Notes: generated by a model from the sequence alone, not told the origin. A stretch of DNA of 64,000 nucleotides from an uncultured Haloferula sp. (GCA_965652295.1 CBFGTS010000001.1:320001-384000), one strand, 5' to 3'. Shown: positions 1-10,570, numbered from the stretch's first letter. Program-made: numbers and translations.

Positions 1-240
1 ACGCTGTGACCTGAGGTATTTCTTCACCTCAAAGTGGGCGATGCGGAATGCCCAGCTTCGAAAATTGGTGCCGGGCTGGTATTTGGAACGCTTCTTCCAC
101 ATCACCATGTTCACGGATTGGCGGATGTCCATGGCCGCATGGACATCCCCCACGAGGGTGCGGATGAAGTAGATCAGCTCCATCTGGTGACGGGTCAGCT
201 CTTGAACAAAGTCATCGAGGTCTTTGGCATCGTCAGACAT
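1..240 (-). CDS. ECF sigma-70 factor, Rhodopirellula/Verrucomicrobium type (partial; 3' end runs off the window start)
   Basis: Manual translation from ATG at 240: MSDDAKDLDDFVQELTRHQMELIYFIRTLVGDVHAAMDIRQSVNMVMWKKRSKYQPGTNFRSWAFRIAHFEVKKYLRSQR, which matches the sigma region 2 pattern. Not in the ORF track. Confidence 0.85.
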   Translation of the reverse strand, partial: MSDDAKDLDDFVQELTRHQMELIYFIRTLVGDVHAAMDIRQSVNMVMWKKRSKYQPGTNFRSWAFRIAHFEVKKYLRSQR

Positions 241-504
241 AGCAATCGGTCTCACCTGCTAACCCCCGGAACGCACGCAGGGTTTAGTGGAAAAGGAGGG
301 TATTCCGGGGTAGCCCACCATTTGCGGCATGTCATGGAAAGAAGGAGGTCGTTTCCGCTCCCTTTTCGCTAGGGATGACACGGGAGGGAGTCGATTTCTT
401 GAAGCTCCGACTAAACCCGGCCGGGGGAAGGGGGTGTTGCTGTGAGCCGGTTGCCTCGATGTGCAGGAGCCTCGGGGCATGCCGGTCATCCCCAACCACA
501 ACCT

Positions 505-1188
505 ATGAAAACCTACTCCTCCATCGCCACGGCGGCCTTGTTCCTCGGAACCCTGTCGCTCGCTCACGCCACCGTCATTGGCTTCGGACAGATCGGCGGC
601 AGCAACACCACGGTCCCCTCGGACCTGGGCTCGAACGCCACAGCGGACGGCAACGGCTTCGTTGTCACCAACGGCACCACTCCCAACATCGCCCTCACTT
701 GGGACGGCGGCTGGGACATCCACACCAGCGGCTTCTTCGCTGCGACGGAAGACCAGTCCGTCGGCGGTGGAGACTGGGATAACGAAGGCGGTATCCCGCG
801 GATCGGCCAACTGGATTTCGGAACCCACTCGATCGCCTTCACCGTGGATCCCGGATTCGCGCTGGTGCTCGGCTCGTTCGACTTCGGCCATACGGCCGAA
901 ACCGCGGGCACGACCGCCTGGGACATCAGCCTGACCGATTCGTCGCTTACCGAAGTCTGGCAGACGACGGTGGCATTTGTGAACGGTCAGGTGGTGACGG
1001 TGACGCCCGGTTTCACCGGCGAGCTGGGCGAGGACTACACCCTCTCCTTCGAGCGCACGGCGGAAAGCTATGGATCCAACGGCCGTCACGCCTTGGACAA
1101 CCTGAGTTTCACGCAGGTTCCGGAGCCATCGGCTGCGGCGCTCGTCGGACTTGCGGGCTGGGGGCTGCTGCTGCGGCGTCGCTCGTAA
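505..1188 (+). CDS. PEP-CTERM sorting domain surface protein
   Basis: Signal peptide MKTYSSIATAALFLGTLSLAHA; C-terminal VPEPSAAALVGLAGWGLLLRRRS. Confidence 0.92.
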   Translation: MKTYSSIATAALFLGTLSLAHATVIGFGQIGGSNTTVPSDLGSNATADGNGFVVTNGTTPNIALTWDGGWDIHTSGFFAATEDQSVGGGDWDNEGGIPRIGQLDFGTHSIAFTVDPGFALVLGSFDFGHTAETAGTTAWDISLTDSSLTEVWQTTVAFVNGQVVTVTPGFTGELGEDYTLSFERTAESYGSNGRHALDNLSFTQVPEPSAAALVGLAGWGLLLRRRS

Positions 1189-1312
1189 TCCCTGCCGGTT
1201 TGTTCGCCGGTTTTTTCTCCAACCTCTCCCGACCTTGGCGGGAGAGGTTGGTTCTTCTCGCGGTGAGAGGTCCGGTGCGCGCTTTTCCCCCATCGATTTC
1301 GTGGCGATCCCG

Positions 1313-4300
1313 ATGATGCGATTTTTTCAGAGGCTCGTTCTGATCCTTTGCGGAGTGGTGGCGGGTCTCGCAGGGAGTGAGGCGGCGGCGGTGGAATTCC
1401 GCTTCTATCGGTTTTCCACGGTGGCGGTTCGCACGGGTGTCGGCACGTCGGTGCAGCTCGCCGATTTCCAGTTCCACGCGGATAGCGGGCTGGTCGCGCA
1501 ACCCCCGCTCATTACGAATCCCGGAGGCGACAATCCGGAGGGCGAGGGACCGGTGAACCTCGGAGACTTCGACCCCGCGACCAAATGGCTGGATTTCGAC
1601 CGCCAACCCGTGGTTTTCGATTTCGGGGCACCGATGGAGATCGTCCGTTATGGCTTCACCACCGCCAACGACGTAAGCAGCCGGGACCCGGTGCGGTGGC
1701 TTTTTGAAGGAAGCCACGACGGCAGTGTTTGGTTCATGCTCGATGACCGGAGTGGCACCACCCAAAGCGTTTCGACCGAACGTCATTTCACCCATGAATG
1801 GGACCTGACATCCGTGACGGATCTGCCACGGGTGGACGTGGCGGTATCGGTGCCGGGAGTTTCGTCGCTGTACGGAGTCAACATCACAAACGGCGATGCC
1901 GTGACGCTCGCGTGGGAGGTGGAGGGTGCCTCCGTCGTGATCGTTCGGGAGGGCCCGACGACCCTTTCCACGGCGGTGAACGGGTCGGTTTCGGTTTCTC
2001 CCGTTTCGACAACGGGCTACACGGTGGAGGCGCAGAACGCGTCGGGCACGGAAGGCAGGGAGGTGGTGGTTTACGTCGATGCTGCGAGCGCCGAGGTCGA
2101 ACTCAATGAATTCGCCTCCGATGTCACGACGGACGGTGGCATGCTCGATGAGGATCAGGAGGCGTCCGATTGGATCGAACTCCACAATCCAAATCCTTTC
2201 GCGGTGTCCTTGGAGGGGTATGGCTTGACTGATGACGCCTCCCTCACGGCCCCGTGGCTTTTCCCGGCGGGCAGTGCGATCGAAGCGGATTCGTTCCTGG
2301 TTGTCTTTGCTTCGGGGAAAAACCGCAGGGTTCCGGGGGCGGAGTATCATACGGACTTCGCGCTTTCCAAGGGAGGCGAGTTTCTGGCGCTCACGGATGA
2401 TGGAGGGTCGGTGTTGCAGGTGCTCGATCCCTTTCCGCCGATGTTCGAGGATGTCTCCTACGGCCGCCGACTTGAGGATGGAGCATGGGATCATTTCACC
2501 ACGCCCACGCCCGGAGCTCCCAACGACACGCTGCCCGGACCGCCCGGTGCCGCTGTCACTTTTTTAACCCCGTCTTCCACTTTTACCACCTCGATCCAGG
2601 TCGGGCTGGCGACGGATTCCGCCACGGCTGGAATCCGCTACACGACGGACGGAAGCCTCCCGGACGAGACTTCATATCTTTACACGGGTCCGATCACGGT
2701 GACTTCCACCACCCTGATCAAGGCCCGGACCTATGAGACGGGTCGCGCTCCCGGCGAGGTGGCGGCTGCCGCCTATTTCAAGACCGAAGCCTCCGTGGCC
2801 AACTTCTCCTCGGACCTGCCGGTCGTGGTTCTGGAGAATTTCGCGTCAGGTCCGGTGCCGTCGGAGCGGACTTTGCAGGCAGCGCAGTTCTCGCTTTTCG
2901 AGCCGGACGCCCTCAACGGCCGGACGCTTCTCACCTCGACTCCCGCCGAGTCCCACCGTTGCGGCATCAAGCGCAGGGGGTCTTCGACCCTCAATGACCC
3001 CAAGGGAAGCTATCGGGTGGAATTTTGGCAGGACGGCAGCGACGAGGAGAAGGATGTCGGGCTGCTTGGCTTGGCGGAACACGACGAATGGGTGCTGTAT
3101 GCACCCTACACTTTCGACCGGGCTCTGGTGCGCAATGCCTTCTTGTTCGGACTGAGCAACGACCTGGACCGATGGGCTCCGAAGACCCGCTTCTGCGAGG
3201 TTTACCTCAACACCGACGGCGGGGCGCTGACGGGGTCGGACTATCAGGGCGTCTATGTCTTGATGGAAAGGATCAGTCGTGACGGGGATCGCGTGGATGT
3301 TGAAAAACTCACCGCCGCCGACAACAGCGAGCCCGAGGTCACGGGCGGGTACATTCTGAGCATCGACCGCCGCGACCCGGAGGACCTGGGTTTCCGCAGT
3401 GCGCTGGGGCATCCTTTCGATCCCCCCAACGCCAGTCCGCAGCCGTGGTTCAACCACGTCTATCCGAAGGAGCAGAACATCACACCGGCGCAATCAGGCT
3501 ACATCCGTGGCTACATCGATGACTTGGAGTCGGCGCTCTACGGGCCGGATTTCAAAGATCCCGAGACTGGCTACCGAGCTTGGCTGGAAACACCGGCGAC
3601 CATCGATCACCACCTGATGGTCACCTTCAGCAAGGATCCTGACGCCCTCCGGCTGAGCACCTACCTTCACAAGCCGCGCAACGCCAAGCTGGCGTTTGGG
3701 CCGCTGTGGGACTTCGACCGTGGCATGGCCCCTGACAACGACCAGCGCGCCGCCAGTCCCATCGGTTGGGACGCCGCGCCGGAGCGTGCGGAGTTCTTCG
3801 GTTATGATTACTGGGGCCGCCTGTTTCAGGACCCGGATTTCATGCAGGCATGGATCGACCGCTGGCAGGAACTGCGGCCGGGCGTGTTCTCCGATGGCTC
3901 GCTCCGGGCGCGGATCGATGGCATGGCAGCCGAACTCGCCGAAGCCCAGGTGCGCAATGCCGCACGGTGGCCGGCGGTTGCTCCCAACGGTGGAGCACTG
4001 TCGTCACTCGGAGGCTACGCTGGAGAAATCGAGCATTTGAAAAACTGGCTGGTTCAGCGAGCGGGATGGATCGACACGCAGTTCGTCGATCCGCCGTCCG
4101 TGCCCCCCGGAGGCCAGGTCGCGGCAGCCACGGTGGTGGAAGTGCAGCCGGCTGGGGCCCCAGTATGGTACACGATCGATGGCTCCGACCCACGGCTGCC
4201 GGGCGGGGGCGTGAATCCGTCCGCGATCGCCATCTCGGATGGCGCGGTGGAAACCATGTTGGTCAGCGAATCCTCCGCGCAAGTGCGGGTTCTACGCCCT

Positions 4301-5887
4301 ACTTCAGACATCCCGGGAGCCACCGCATGGACGATGCCCGGATTCGACGATTCCGGCTGGGACTCCGGGTTGTTCGGAGTCGGCTATGAGCTTTCTTCGG
4401 GCTACGAACCCTATCTTTCGACGATCGTCCACGAAGGCAGCGCTGGGGCACCGACGAGTGTGTATGTCCGGGTTCCCTTCGAGGTTTCGGTTCCGGCGTC
4501 CGGATTCGATTCATTGACGCTGCGCCTCCGCTATGAGGACGGCTTTGTCGCCTACCTCAATGGCACGCCGGTGGCGTCTTCGAACGCCCCGACCCCGCTT
4601 GCTTGGAACAGCGCCGCCACCGCCGTTCGTTCGGACGCGCTGGCCGTCGGGTTCGCTGATCTCGACCTCAGCCCTTTCGCGCATCTGCTGGTCGAGGGGG
4701 ACAACCTTCTCTCCATCCACGCCCTCAACGATGGCGACGTGAATGCGTCCAACACCGGCAGCGACAGTTCCGACATGCTCGTTTCCGCCGAACTGCTCGG
4801 CAGCTTCCAAGCATCGAACTTGGGCGAGGTGACGATTCACGAGACGACCCGGCTCATCGCACGTTCCTATGCGGACGGATCATGGAGCGGGCCCGTGTAC
4901 TCGAACTTCGTGGTGGGGAGACTGGCGGATGCGGAAAATCTGGTCGTGTCCGAAATCATGTATCATCCCCCGGCCCCCACTGCTGCGGAGATATCGGCAG
5001 GTTATTCCGACGACGGAGATTTCGAGTTCCTCGAACTGCAGAATATTTCGCCGACGGAAACCATCGACCTGACCGGGGTGGTGATCCGCGACTGCTTCGA
5101 TTTCGACTTTGCCGACGCCGGTCAGACCGTGATCCCGCCGGGCGGCTGCCTGCTGGTGGTGCGGAATCGTGCCGCGTTCGAACTCCGCTACGGCGCGGGC
5201 CTGCCAATCGCGGGTCAGTGGGGTGATGCGACCTTGCCGGACGGCGGATCGAACCTTTCCAATGGCGGGGAAAGGATCACCCTGACCGCCGCGGATGGCT
5301 CGGTGATCCGGGATTTCATCTACGACGATGCCTTGCCCTGGCCGCTTGCAGCGGATGGCGACGGGCCATCGCTTGAGCTCGTCACACCGTTCCGATCCCC
5401 GGACCACGCCTTGGGCTTGAACTGGCGTGCGAGCGCTACTCTTGGAGGCTCACCCGGCCTCGTTCCGGGAGTGTTCGAAAGCTGGGCCGCATCGTTTTTT
5501 TCCGCGGAAGAGTTGGAGGATCCTTCCGTCTCCGCGCCGGAGTCCGATCCGGACCACGACGGGCTCGCCAATGTCATCGAGTTGGCTTTCGGCGGGAATC
5601 CTCGCCTCGCCTCGCCCGGGCTGCGTCCCAGCGCGCAGCTGGAGGAGATCGAAGTGGACGGGGATTCCAACGTTTACCTCACGATTACCTTCAGGCGGGA
5701 TCCTTTGGTGCCGGGCTACACGGCGACACCGCAGTTCGGTTCGTCGCTTGATGTCTGGCCGGATGAAGGGGTGTTGATCGCGACTGTCTCTCATCCCGAC
5801 GGCACGGAAACCGTCACCTACCGCGACTCGACCCCGGCACCCGAGGGTCGGCGGTTCGTGCGGGTGAGAGTCGTGGGGGAGCTTTGA
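1313..5887 (+). CDS. Large secreted CotH-kinase / lamin-tail-domain protein with Ig/discoidin-like modules
   Basis: Signal peptide; LTD motifs (LNEFAS..SDWIELHN, VSEIMYHP..EFLELQN); YTTDGS modules; CotH motifs (IKRRGSS, YQGVYVLMERI, FGPLWDFD); C-terminal RRFVRVRV. Confidence 0.88.
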   Translation: MMRFFQRLVLILCGVVAGLAGSEAAAVEFRFYRFSTVAVRTGVGTSVQLADFQFHADSGLVAQPPLITNPGGDNPEGEGPVNLGDFDPATKWLDFDRQPVVFDFGAPMEIVRYGFTTANDVSSRDPVRWLFEGSHDGSVWFMLDDRSGTTQSVSTERHFTHEWDLTSVTDLPRVDVAVSVPGVSSLYGVNITNGDAVTLAWEVEGASVVIVREGPTTLSTAVNGSVSVSPVSTTGYTVEAQNASGTEGREVVVYVDAASAEVELNEFASDVTTDGGMLDEDQEASDWIELHNPNPFAVSLEGYGLTDDASLTAPWLFPAGSAIEADSFLVVFASGKNRRVPGAEYHTDFALSKGGEFLALTDDGGSVLQVLDPFPPMFEDVSYGRRLEDGAWDHFTTPTPGAPNDTLPGPPGAAVTFLTPSSTFTTSIQVGLATDSATAGIRYTTDGSLPDETSYLYTGPITVTSTTLIKARTYETGRAPGEVAAAAYFKTEASVANFSSDLPVVVLENFASGPVPSERTLQAAQFSLFEPDALNGRTLLTSTPAESHRCGIKRRGSSTLNDPKGSYRVEFWQDGSDEEKDVGLLGLAEHDEWVLYAPYTFDRALVRNAFLFGLSNDLDRWAPKTRFCEVYLNTDGGALTGSDYQGVYVLMERISRDGDRVDVEKLTAADNSEPEVTGGYILSIDRRDPEDLGFRSALGHPFDPPNASPQPWFNHVYPKEQNITPAQSGYIRGYIDDLESALYGPDFKDPETGYRAWLETPATIDHHLMVTFSKDPDALRLSTYLHKPRNAKLAFGPLWDFDRGMAPDNDQRAASPIGWDAAPERAEFFGYDYWGRLFQDPDFMQAWIDRWQELRPGVFSDGSLRARIDGMAAELAEAQVRNAARWPAVAPNGGALSSLGGYAGEIEHLKNWLVQRAGWIDTQFVDPPSVPPGGQVAAATVVEVQPAGAPVWYTIDGSDPRLPGGGVNPSAIAISDGAVETMLVSESSAQVRVLRPTSDIPGATAWTMPGFDDSGWDSGLFGVGYELSSGYEPYLSTIVHEGSAGAPTSVYVRVPFEVSVPASGFDSLTLRLRYEDGFVAYLNGTPVASSNAPTPLAWNSAATAVRSDALAVGFADLDLSPFAHLLVEGDNLLSIHALNDGDVNASNTGSDSSDMLVSAELLGSFQASNLGEVTIHETTRLIARSYADGSWSGPVYSNFVVGRLADAENLVVSEIMYHPPAPTAAEISAGYSDDGDFEFLELQNISPTETIDLTGVVIRDCFDFDFADAGQTVIPPGGCLLVVRNRAAFELRYGAGLPIAGQWGDATLPDGGSNLSNGGERITLTAADGSVIRDFIYDDALPWPLAADGDGPSLELVTPFRSPDHALGLNWRASATLGGSPGLVPGVFESWAASFFSAEELEDPSVSAPESDPDHDGLANVIELAFGGNPRLASPGLRPSAQLEEIEVDGDSNVYLTITFRRDPLVPGYTATPQFGSSLDVWPDEGVLIATVSHPDGTETVTYRDSTPAPEGRRFVRVRVVGEL

Positions 5888-6107
5888 GAATCTCCCGCAT
5901 ATGAGGCGGGCTGATGGTGAGGCGTCTGTCTGAGAGGGGAAAACACCCTCCGCATGAGCTGGCGGCATGGCTCGTAACCGACTGAATGAGAGGAATTGAT
6001 GAAGTGCCTCTCAGGTTCAAACGCGCTCATGAGCGGCAGGCTTTTTTCTCATCAGCTCGGTGGAGAGGCCGGCTTCCGGGGCCTGCCCCCTGCTAGATGG
6101 GGAGCGG

Positions 6108-8093
6108 ATGTCGAAACCGTCTCGCGCGAAACCCAACCTCCCTCTGCCTTCCTTGGTCGTGGTCGGGAATGGCATTGCCTCGGTGCGTTTCTGCGAGGAG
6201 GCGATGGCGTTGGGACTGGCCAAACGTTTTCGGATCACAGTCGTGGGAGCCGAGGTCATGCCGGGATACGATCGGGTCCGGCTTTCCCGCTACGTCGAGA
6301 CTCGTGATGCAGCCTCTCTGGTCCTGCGCCCGGCGGAGTGGTACGAAGCCGCGGGTATCCGCCTGGTGCTCGGAGAACCGGTCATCACCATCAACCGCGA
6401 GGCGGGCGAGGTTCTTACCAAGGTGGGAAGCCGGATTGCCTACGACCAGTTGGTGCTGTCGACAGGGTCCTCGGCCTTTGTTCCGCCGTTGGAAGGGGTG
6501 ACCGCCGAGGGGGTGTTCGTGTATCGAACGATTGGCGATCTGGAAGCCATCATGGCGGCTGCGAAAACCGCGAAGCGCGCGCTGGTGATCGGCGGCGGCC
6601 TGCTCGGATTGGAAGCGGCCCAGGCGGTCGATTCGCTCGGGCTGCCGGTCACGATCGTTGAACGCGCCGCTTTCCCGATGCCCCGGCAGCTCAACGCCAG
6701 GGGCGGCGATCGGGTTATGGCACGGATCAGGCAGCTGGGCATGGAGTTCCATGGTTCCTTTGCCGGCAAGGCAATCGAGCGACGGCCGGAGTCGTTGGTG
6801 CTGATCGATGAAGAAGGCCGCGAGCTGGCGGCAGACCTGATCGTGATTTCCGCCGGCATCGCGCCCAACTCGGACCTCGCCGGGCAGGCGGGGCTGGAAT
6901 GCGGCGTGCGGGGCGGCGTGGTGGTCGATGACAGCCTTTCGACCGCCGACGCCCGCATCCATGCGATCGGCGAGTGCGCCCTGCATCAGGGACAGATCTA
7001 CGGACTGGCGGCACCCGCCGCGGCGATGGCTCGATACGTCGCCCGCAAGCTGGCGGGAAAAAAGCAGAAGCCTTTCCCGAAACCGGACCTTTCCACCCGG
7101 CTCAAGATGCTGGGCCTCGACGTGTTGACGGTGGGCGATCCGCTCGACCGCGGTGAGACCTTTGAGTTCGAGTCGGCAGAAAGCTACCGCGCGATCACTC
7201 TCGACGGCCGTCGCGTTCCCGTCGGCGCACTGGGCGTGGGGGCCTGGCCGGAGTCGGCGCAGGTGCACAGCTGGTACCTCGAAGGCCGGGCGGTGCGGGA
7301 CAAGGAGATCGAGCGATTCGTTGCAGAGGGCGAGCTGCAGCCCGGCGGTGGCTCGGCCAGTGTGACCGCGTGGCCGGGTGAGCGCGTGGTTTGCAACTGC
7401 ATGTCCGTCACCAAGGAACGGCTTTGTCAGGCGATGGCCTGCGGAGCGACGACCCCCGCCACGCTGGCGGAGGCCACCGGGGCGTCCACCGTGTGCGGCT
7501 CGTGCACCGGCCTGCTGGCGGAACTCTGCGGAGACCCGGCCGAGGCACCCGTGAAACCCGCCGCGCCGCTGGTCTTGGTCTATTTCGGCGTCATCGCGTG
7601 GGTGCTGACGATGACGATCCCCGTGTTGAGTCCGCCGGTGGCGACGAGCGTCGATTCCATCGTCTATCAGCTCGACCGCTTCTGGGCGGACTCGTTGGCC
7701 AAGCAGGTCACCGGGTACTCGTTGCTCGGCGTGTGCCTCCTGGCGTTGGCGATTTCGGCACGCAAGCGGCTTCCGAGATTCCGCTTCGGATCGTTCGCGA
7801 AATGGAGGGTCTTCCACGCCGGCGTCGGGCTCTCGTCGCTGCTGCTGCTCTTCGTCCACACCGGCTTTCGTTTCGGAGGGGATCTGAACACATGGCTGAT
7901 GGGCGTGTTCGTGGGACTCAATCTGCTCGGTTCGGCCGCCGGCATCGCCGCGGGCATGGAAGTCCGGGGCGGGCCGAGATCCGCCATGCTGGCCAGGCGG
8001 ATGAGGCCGGGCCTCGTCGTCGCCCACTACGTGTTCTTCTGGCCGCTGCCGGTGCTGGTCGGGTTCCACATCGCCGCCGCCTACCTCTACTAG
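6108..8093 (+). CDS. NirB-like FAD/NAD(P)H oxidoreductase with BFD-type [2Fe-2S] domain and C-terminal His-rich membrane (cytochrome b-like) domain
   Basis: VVVGNG, YDRVRLS, IGGGLLGLEAA, AIGEC, CNC..CGSC. C-terminal TM helices carry His pairs (FHAG..VHTG; AHYV..FHIA). No siroheme domain. Confidence 0.85.
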   Translation: MSKPSRAKPNLPLPSLVVVGNGIASVRFCEEAMALGLAKRFRITVVGAEVMPGYDRVRLSRYVETRDAASLVLRPAEWYEAAGIRLVLGEPVITINREAGEVLTKVGSRIAYDQLVLSTGSSAFVPPLEGVTAEGVFVYRTIGDLEAIMAAAKTAKRALVIGGGLLGLEAAQAVDSLGLPVTIVERAAFPMPRQLNARGGDRVMARIRQLGMEFHGSFAGKAIERRPESLVLIDEEGRELAADLIVISAGIAPNSDLAGQAGLECGVRGGVVVDDSLSTADARIHAIGECALHQGQIYGLAAPAAAMARYVARKLAGKKQKPFPKPDLSTRLKMLGLDVLTVGDPLDRGETFEFESAESYRAITLDGRRVPVGALGVGAWPESAQVHSWYLEGRAVRDKEIERFVAEGELQPGGGSASVTAWPGERVVCNCMSVTKERLCQAMACGATTPATLAEATGASTVCGSCTGLLAELCGDPAEAPVKPAAPLVLVYFGVIAWVLTMTIPVLSPPVATSVDSIVYQLDRFWADSLAKQVTGYSLLGVCLLALAISARKRLPRFRFGSFAKWRVFHAGVGLSSLLLLFVHTGFRFGGDLNTWLMGVFVGLNLLGSAAGIAAGMEVRGGPRSAMLARRMRPGLVVAHYVFFWPLPVLVGFHIAAAYLY

Positions 8094-8113
8094 GTCTTCC
8101 GTAGAAAACTTTG

Positions 8114-9541
8114 ATGTTCATCCGATTCCATCGCCGCACTCAGATCACCGCCTGGTTCCTCGTGGCTGGCGCACTGGCCGGAGGATGGGCGCAGGTGTTT
8201 TTTCGGGCGGAGGACAAGACGGCGATCATGCCCGGGGATACCTCGCACGGGCACCATCAGATCGAGCTCCAGTGCTCGGCCTGCCATGACACCGGCTCGG
8301 GCGGGGCGCTGGTCACGGCGGTCACCAACGACGCCTGCCTCAAGTGCCACGACCAGGATCTCGACGAGGCGGACGACTCGCACCCGGTGGTGAAGTTCAA
8401 GAAGCCGGAGAACCGGCCGTTTTTCGAAAAGATCGATGCCCAGCGCTGCATCACCTGCCACACCGAGCACCGGCCGGAGGCCACCGGATCGATGGGAGTG
8501 ACGATTCCTGCCGACTACTGCACCTACTGCCACCAGGCGACCATTGAGGAGCGCGACACCCACAAGGGCCTCGGTTTCCAGTCCTGCGCCACCGCCGGCT
8601 GCCACAACTACCACGACAACCGCGCCCTCTACGAACGCCACCTCGCGATGCACTCGCTGGACCCACCGCACCTCGACGGCGGGCGGGTGGGCGATCTCGA
8701 AAGCCTGAGGCGGTACCTTCAGGAGCATCCTGAAACGGAGCCGCTGAGGCCCGCAGCGGCCGACGCGCCGGTTGGCGTCAAGCTGCCGGACGAGGAACTC
8801 CATCGCTGGTCCGCCGACGCACACGCGCTCGCCGGGGTCAATTGCTCGGACTGCCACCAGCCCGACGGCGGCGACTGGAAGGACGAGGTGACGATGGAGA
8901 CCTGTGCGACCTGCCACACGCAGGAGCACGCCGGCTTTCTCCGGGGAAAACACGGCATGCGCCCCGCCGCCGGCATGTCGCCGATGACGCCCGCCATGGC
9001 CCGTCAGTCGATGCGGCCCGAGGCCGCCCATCGCGCCTTGGACTGCATGTCGTGCCACGGCGCGCACGCTTTCGACACCCGCCACGCGGCCGTCGCCGCC
9101 TGCATGGAATGCCACGACGACGACCACACCCGGGCCTACCGCGGATCACCCCATTTCGCCGCCTGGCGGAAGGAATTGGCCGGCGAGGCTCCCGCCGGCA
9201 GCGGCGTCTCCTGCGCCACCTGCCACATGCCCCGGGTGGAGGACGGTGCCGGCGGACTGCGGGTGGAGCACAACCAGAGTGCCAACCTCACGCCCAACGA
9301 GAAGATGCTGCGCCCCGTGTGCCAGCAATGCCACGGCCTGCCCTTCGCCATGGACGCCCTCGCCGACCGCTCGCTCATCGACCGCAATTTCACCGGCACG
9401 GCCGGGGTCCACGTCGAAAGCTGCGACTGGTCCCGCCAGCGGGCGATCGATCGCAAGGATCCCGAGTTTCTCGAACTGATCCGCCGGATGTCCGGCCAAG
9501 ACTCTCCATCCACGCCAACCAACGAACCGACACAGCAATGA
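8114..9541 (+). CDS. Multiheme cytochrome c (11 heme-binding motifs)
   Basis: Ten CxxCH motifs (CSACH, CLKCH, CITCH, CTYCH, CSDCH, CATCH, CMSCH, CMECH, CATCH, CQQCH) plus one CX4CH (CATAGCH); N-terminal hydrophobic anchor. Confidence 0.9.
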   Translation: MFIRFHRRTQITAWFLVAGALAGGWAQVFFRAEDKTAIMPGDTSHGHHQIELQCSACHDTGSGGALVTAVTNDACLKCHDQDLDEADDSHPVVKFKKPENRPFFEKIDAQRCITCHTEHRPEATGSMGVTIPADYCTYCHQATIEERDTHKGLGFQSCATAGCHNYHDNRALYERHLAMHSLDPPHLDGGRVGDLESLRRYLQEHPETEPLRPAAADAPVGVKLPDEELHRWSADAHALAGVNCSDCHQPDGGDWKDEVTMETCATCHTQEHAGFLRGKHGMRPAAGMSPMTPAMARQSMRPEAAHRALDCMSCHGAHAFDTRHAAVAACMECHDDDHTRAYRGSPHFAAWRKELAGEAPAGSGVSCATCHMPRVEDGAGGLRVEHNQSANLTPNEKMLRPVCQQCHGLPFAMDALADRSLIDRNFTGTAGVHVESCDWSRQRAIDRKDPEFLELIRRMSGQDSPSTPTNEPTQQ

Positions 9542-10149
9542 AAACGACACCAACCGTCGCCCTCACGGGCGCTCTCACCACCGCGTTCCTCCTTTCCTCC
9601 TGCGGGGAGAAGGAAAGCACCGCCTCCGCCACCCCCGGCGGATTCACTTCCGAACAGGTTGCCGATACGGTGTATACCGTACTTGCCGCCGACCGGAAGG
9701 TCTACGCCTCGAAGATCGTCAACCGCCTCGTCAATGAGGAGAAGGTGATCAAGGCCCACGAGAACCACCTCGACGAAAAGGCGCTGCCGCTGCCCGCCCA
9801 GGTCTTCCGCATGGGAGCCGAGGAGGTGGACATGGTGGACGACAAGACCGTCGATTTCTCCTACTCGCTCCAGTCGCTGTGGCCGCTCAACAAGGAGAAC
9901 GCCAAGAAGCAGACGGATAAGGTGCGGGAGGGCCTGCAATACCTCGTCGACAATCCGGGTGCCGCGAAGTGGACCGGTGAGGAGGAGATCTCCGGCCAGA
10001 AGTACTTCATCGGTGTCTATCCGGACAAGGCCGTGGCACCCGCATGCTTCACCTGCCACAACAATCACGCCGACAAGGAACCCGACTTCCCTGAGTTCAA
10101 GCTCGGCGACGTGATGGGCGGAGTGGTCATCCGCATTCCCACGGAATGA
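9538..10149 (+). CDS. DUF3365/Tll0287-like heme c lipoprotein
   Basis: Lipobox LSSC; LPLPAQVFR, YSLQSLWPLN, AVAPACFTCHN, GDVMGGVVIRIP. ATG overlaps the upstream TGA. Confidence 0.8.
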   Translation: MKTTPTVALTGALTTAFLLSSCGEKESTASATPGGFTSEQVADTVYTVLAADRKVYASKIVNRLVNEEKVIKAHENHLDEKALPLPAQVFRMGAEEVDMVDDKTVDFSYSLQSLWPLNKENAKKQTDKVREGLQYLVDNPGAAKWTGEEEISGQKYFIGVYPDKAVAPACFTCHNNHADKEPDFPEFKLGDVMGGVVIRIPTE

Positions 10150-10159
10150 AGCAGCGGCC

Positions 10160-10570
10160 ATGAATTTCCATCTGCCGCTGTTCGCCGTCCTGCTGCCGGT
10201 CCTCGCTTCGTGCGATGGGCCGGCGGCCGAGGCGGTCGCTTCCAAGCCGGCGAAGCCCGCCCGCTTCGTGCCGTCCGAGTGGCAGCCCGACGACCCCGAG
10301 CTCGCCCACGGCAGGAAGATCTACCATCAGACCTGCCACCTGTGCCACGAGCACGGCGAGCAAAGCGCTCCACGGCTCCGGCATCGCGAGATCTGGGCGG
10401 GGCGCGCCGCCAAAGGCACCGACGTCCTCATCCGCCATGCCACGGAAGGCTTCCGCGGCAGCGAGGGCGAGATGCCCGCCCGGGGCGGCGAGGACACCCA
10501 TAGTGATGAAGACATCGCCGCGGCCGTGAAATTCATGGTCGCCGCCAGCCAACGAACCTCAACCGATTGA
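10160..10570 (+). CDS. Cytochrome c5-like monoheme lipoprotein
   Basis: Lipobox LASC; GRKIYHQTCHLCH; W..R..KG..L; MPARGG axial Met motif. Confidence 0.85.
   Translation: MNFHLPLFAVLLPVLASCDGPAAEAVASKPAKPARFVPSEWQPDDPELAHGRKIYHQTCHLCHEHGEQSAPRLRHREIWAGRAAKGTDVLIRHATEGFRGSEGEMPARGGEDTHSDEDIAAAVKFMVAASQRTSTD

Noticed and set aside
5990..6025. FNR box upstream of the redox operon
   Set aside because: TTGAT is present but there is no ATCAA half-site at the right spacing.
6093..8069. 658-aa minus-strand ORF and similar long antisense ORFs (12538-14214, 24437-26050, 25957-27576, 31944-33908, 57167-59392, 61072-62667)
   Set aside because: These are shadows of real genes caused by GC-rich codon bias and carry no recognisable motifs.
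6108..9541. Calling these genes nirB or nrfA/hao
   Set aside because: The flavoprotein has no siroheme/[4Fe-4S] domain; the cytochrome has no CxxCK and the wrong heme count.
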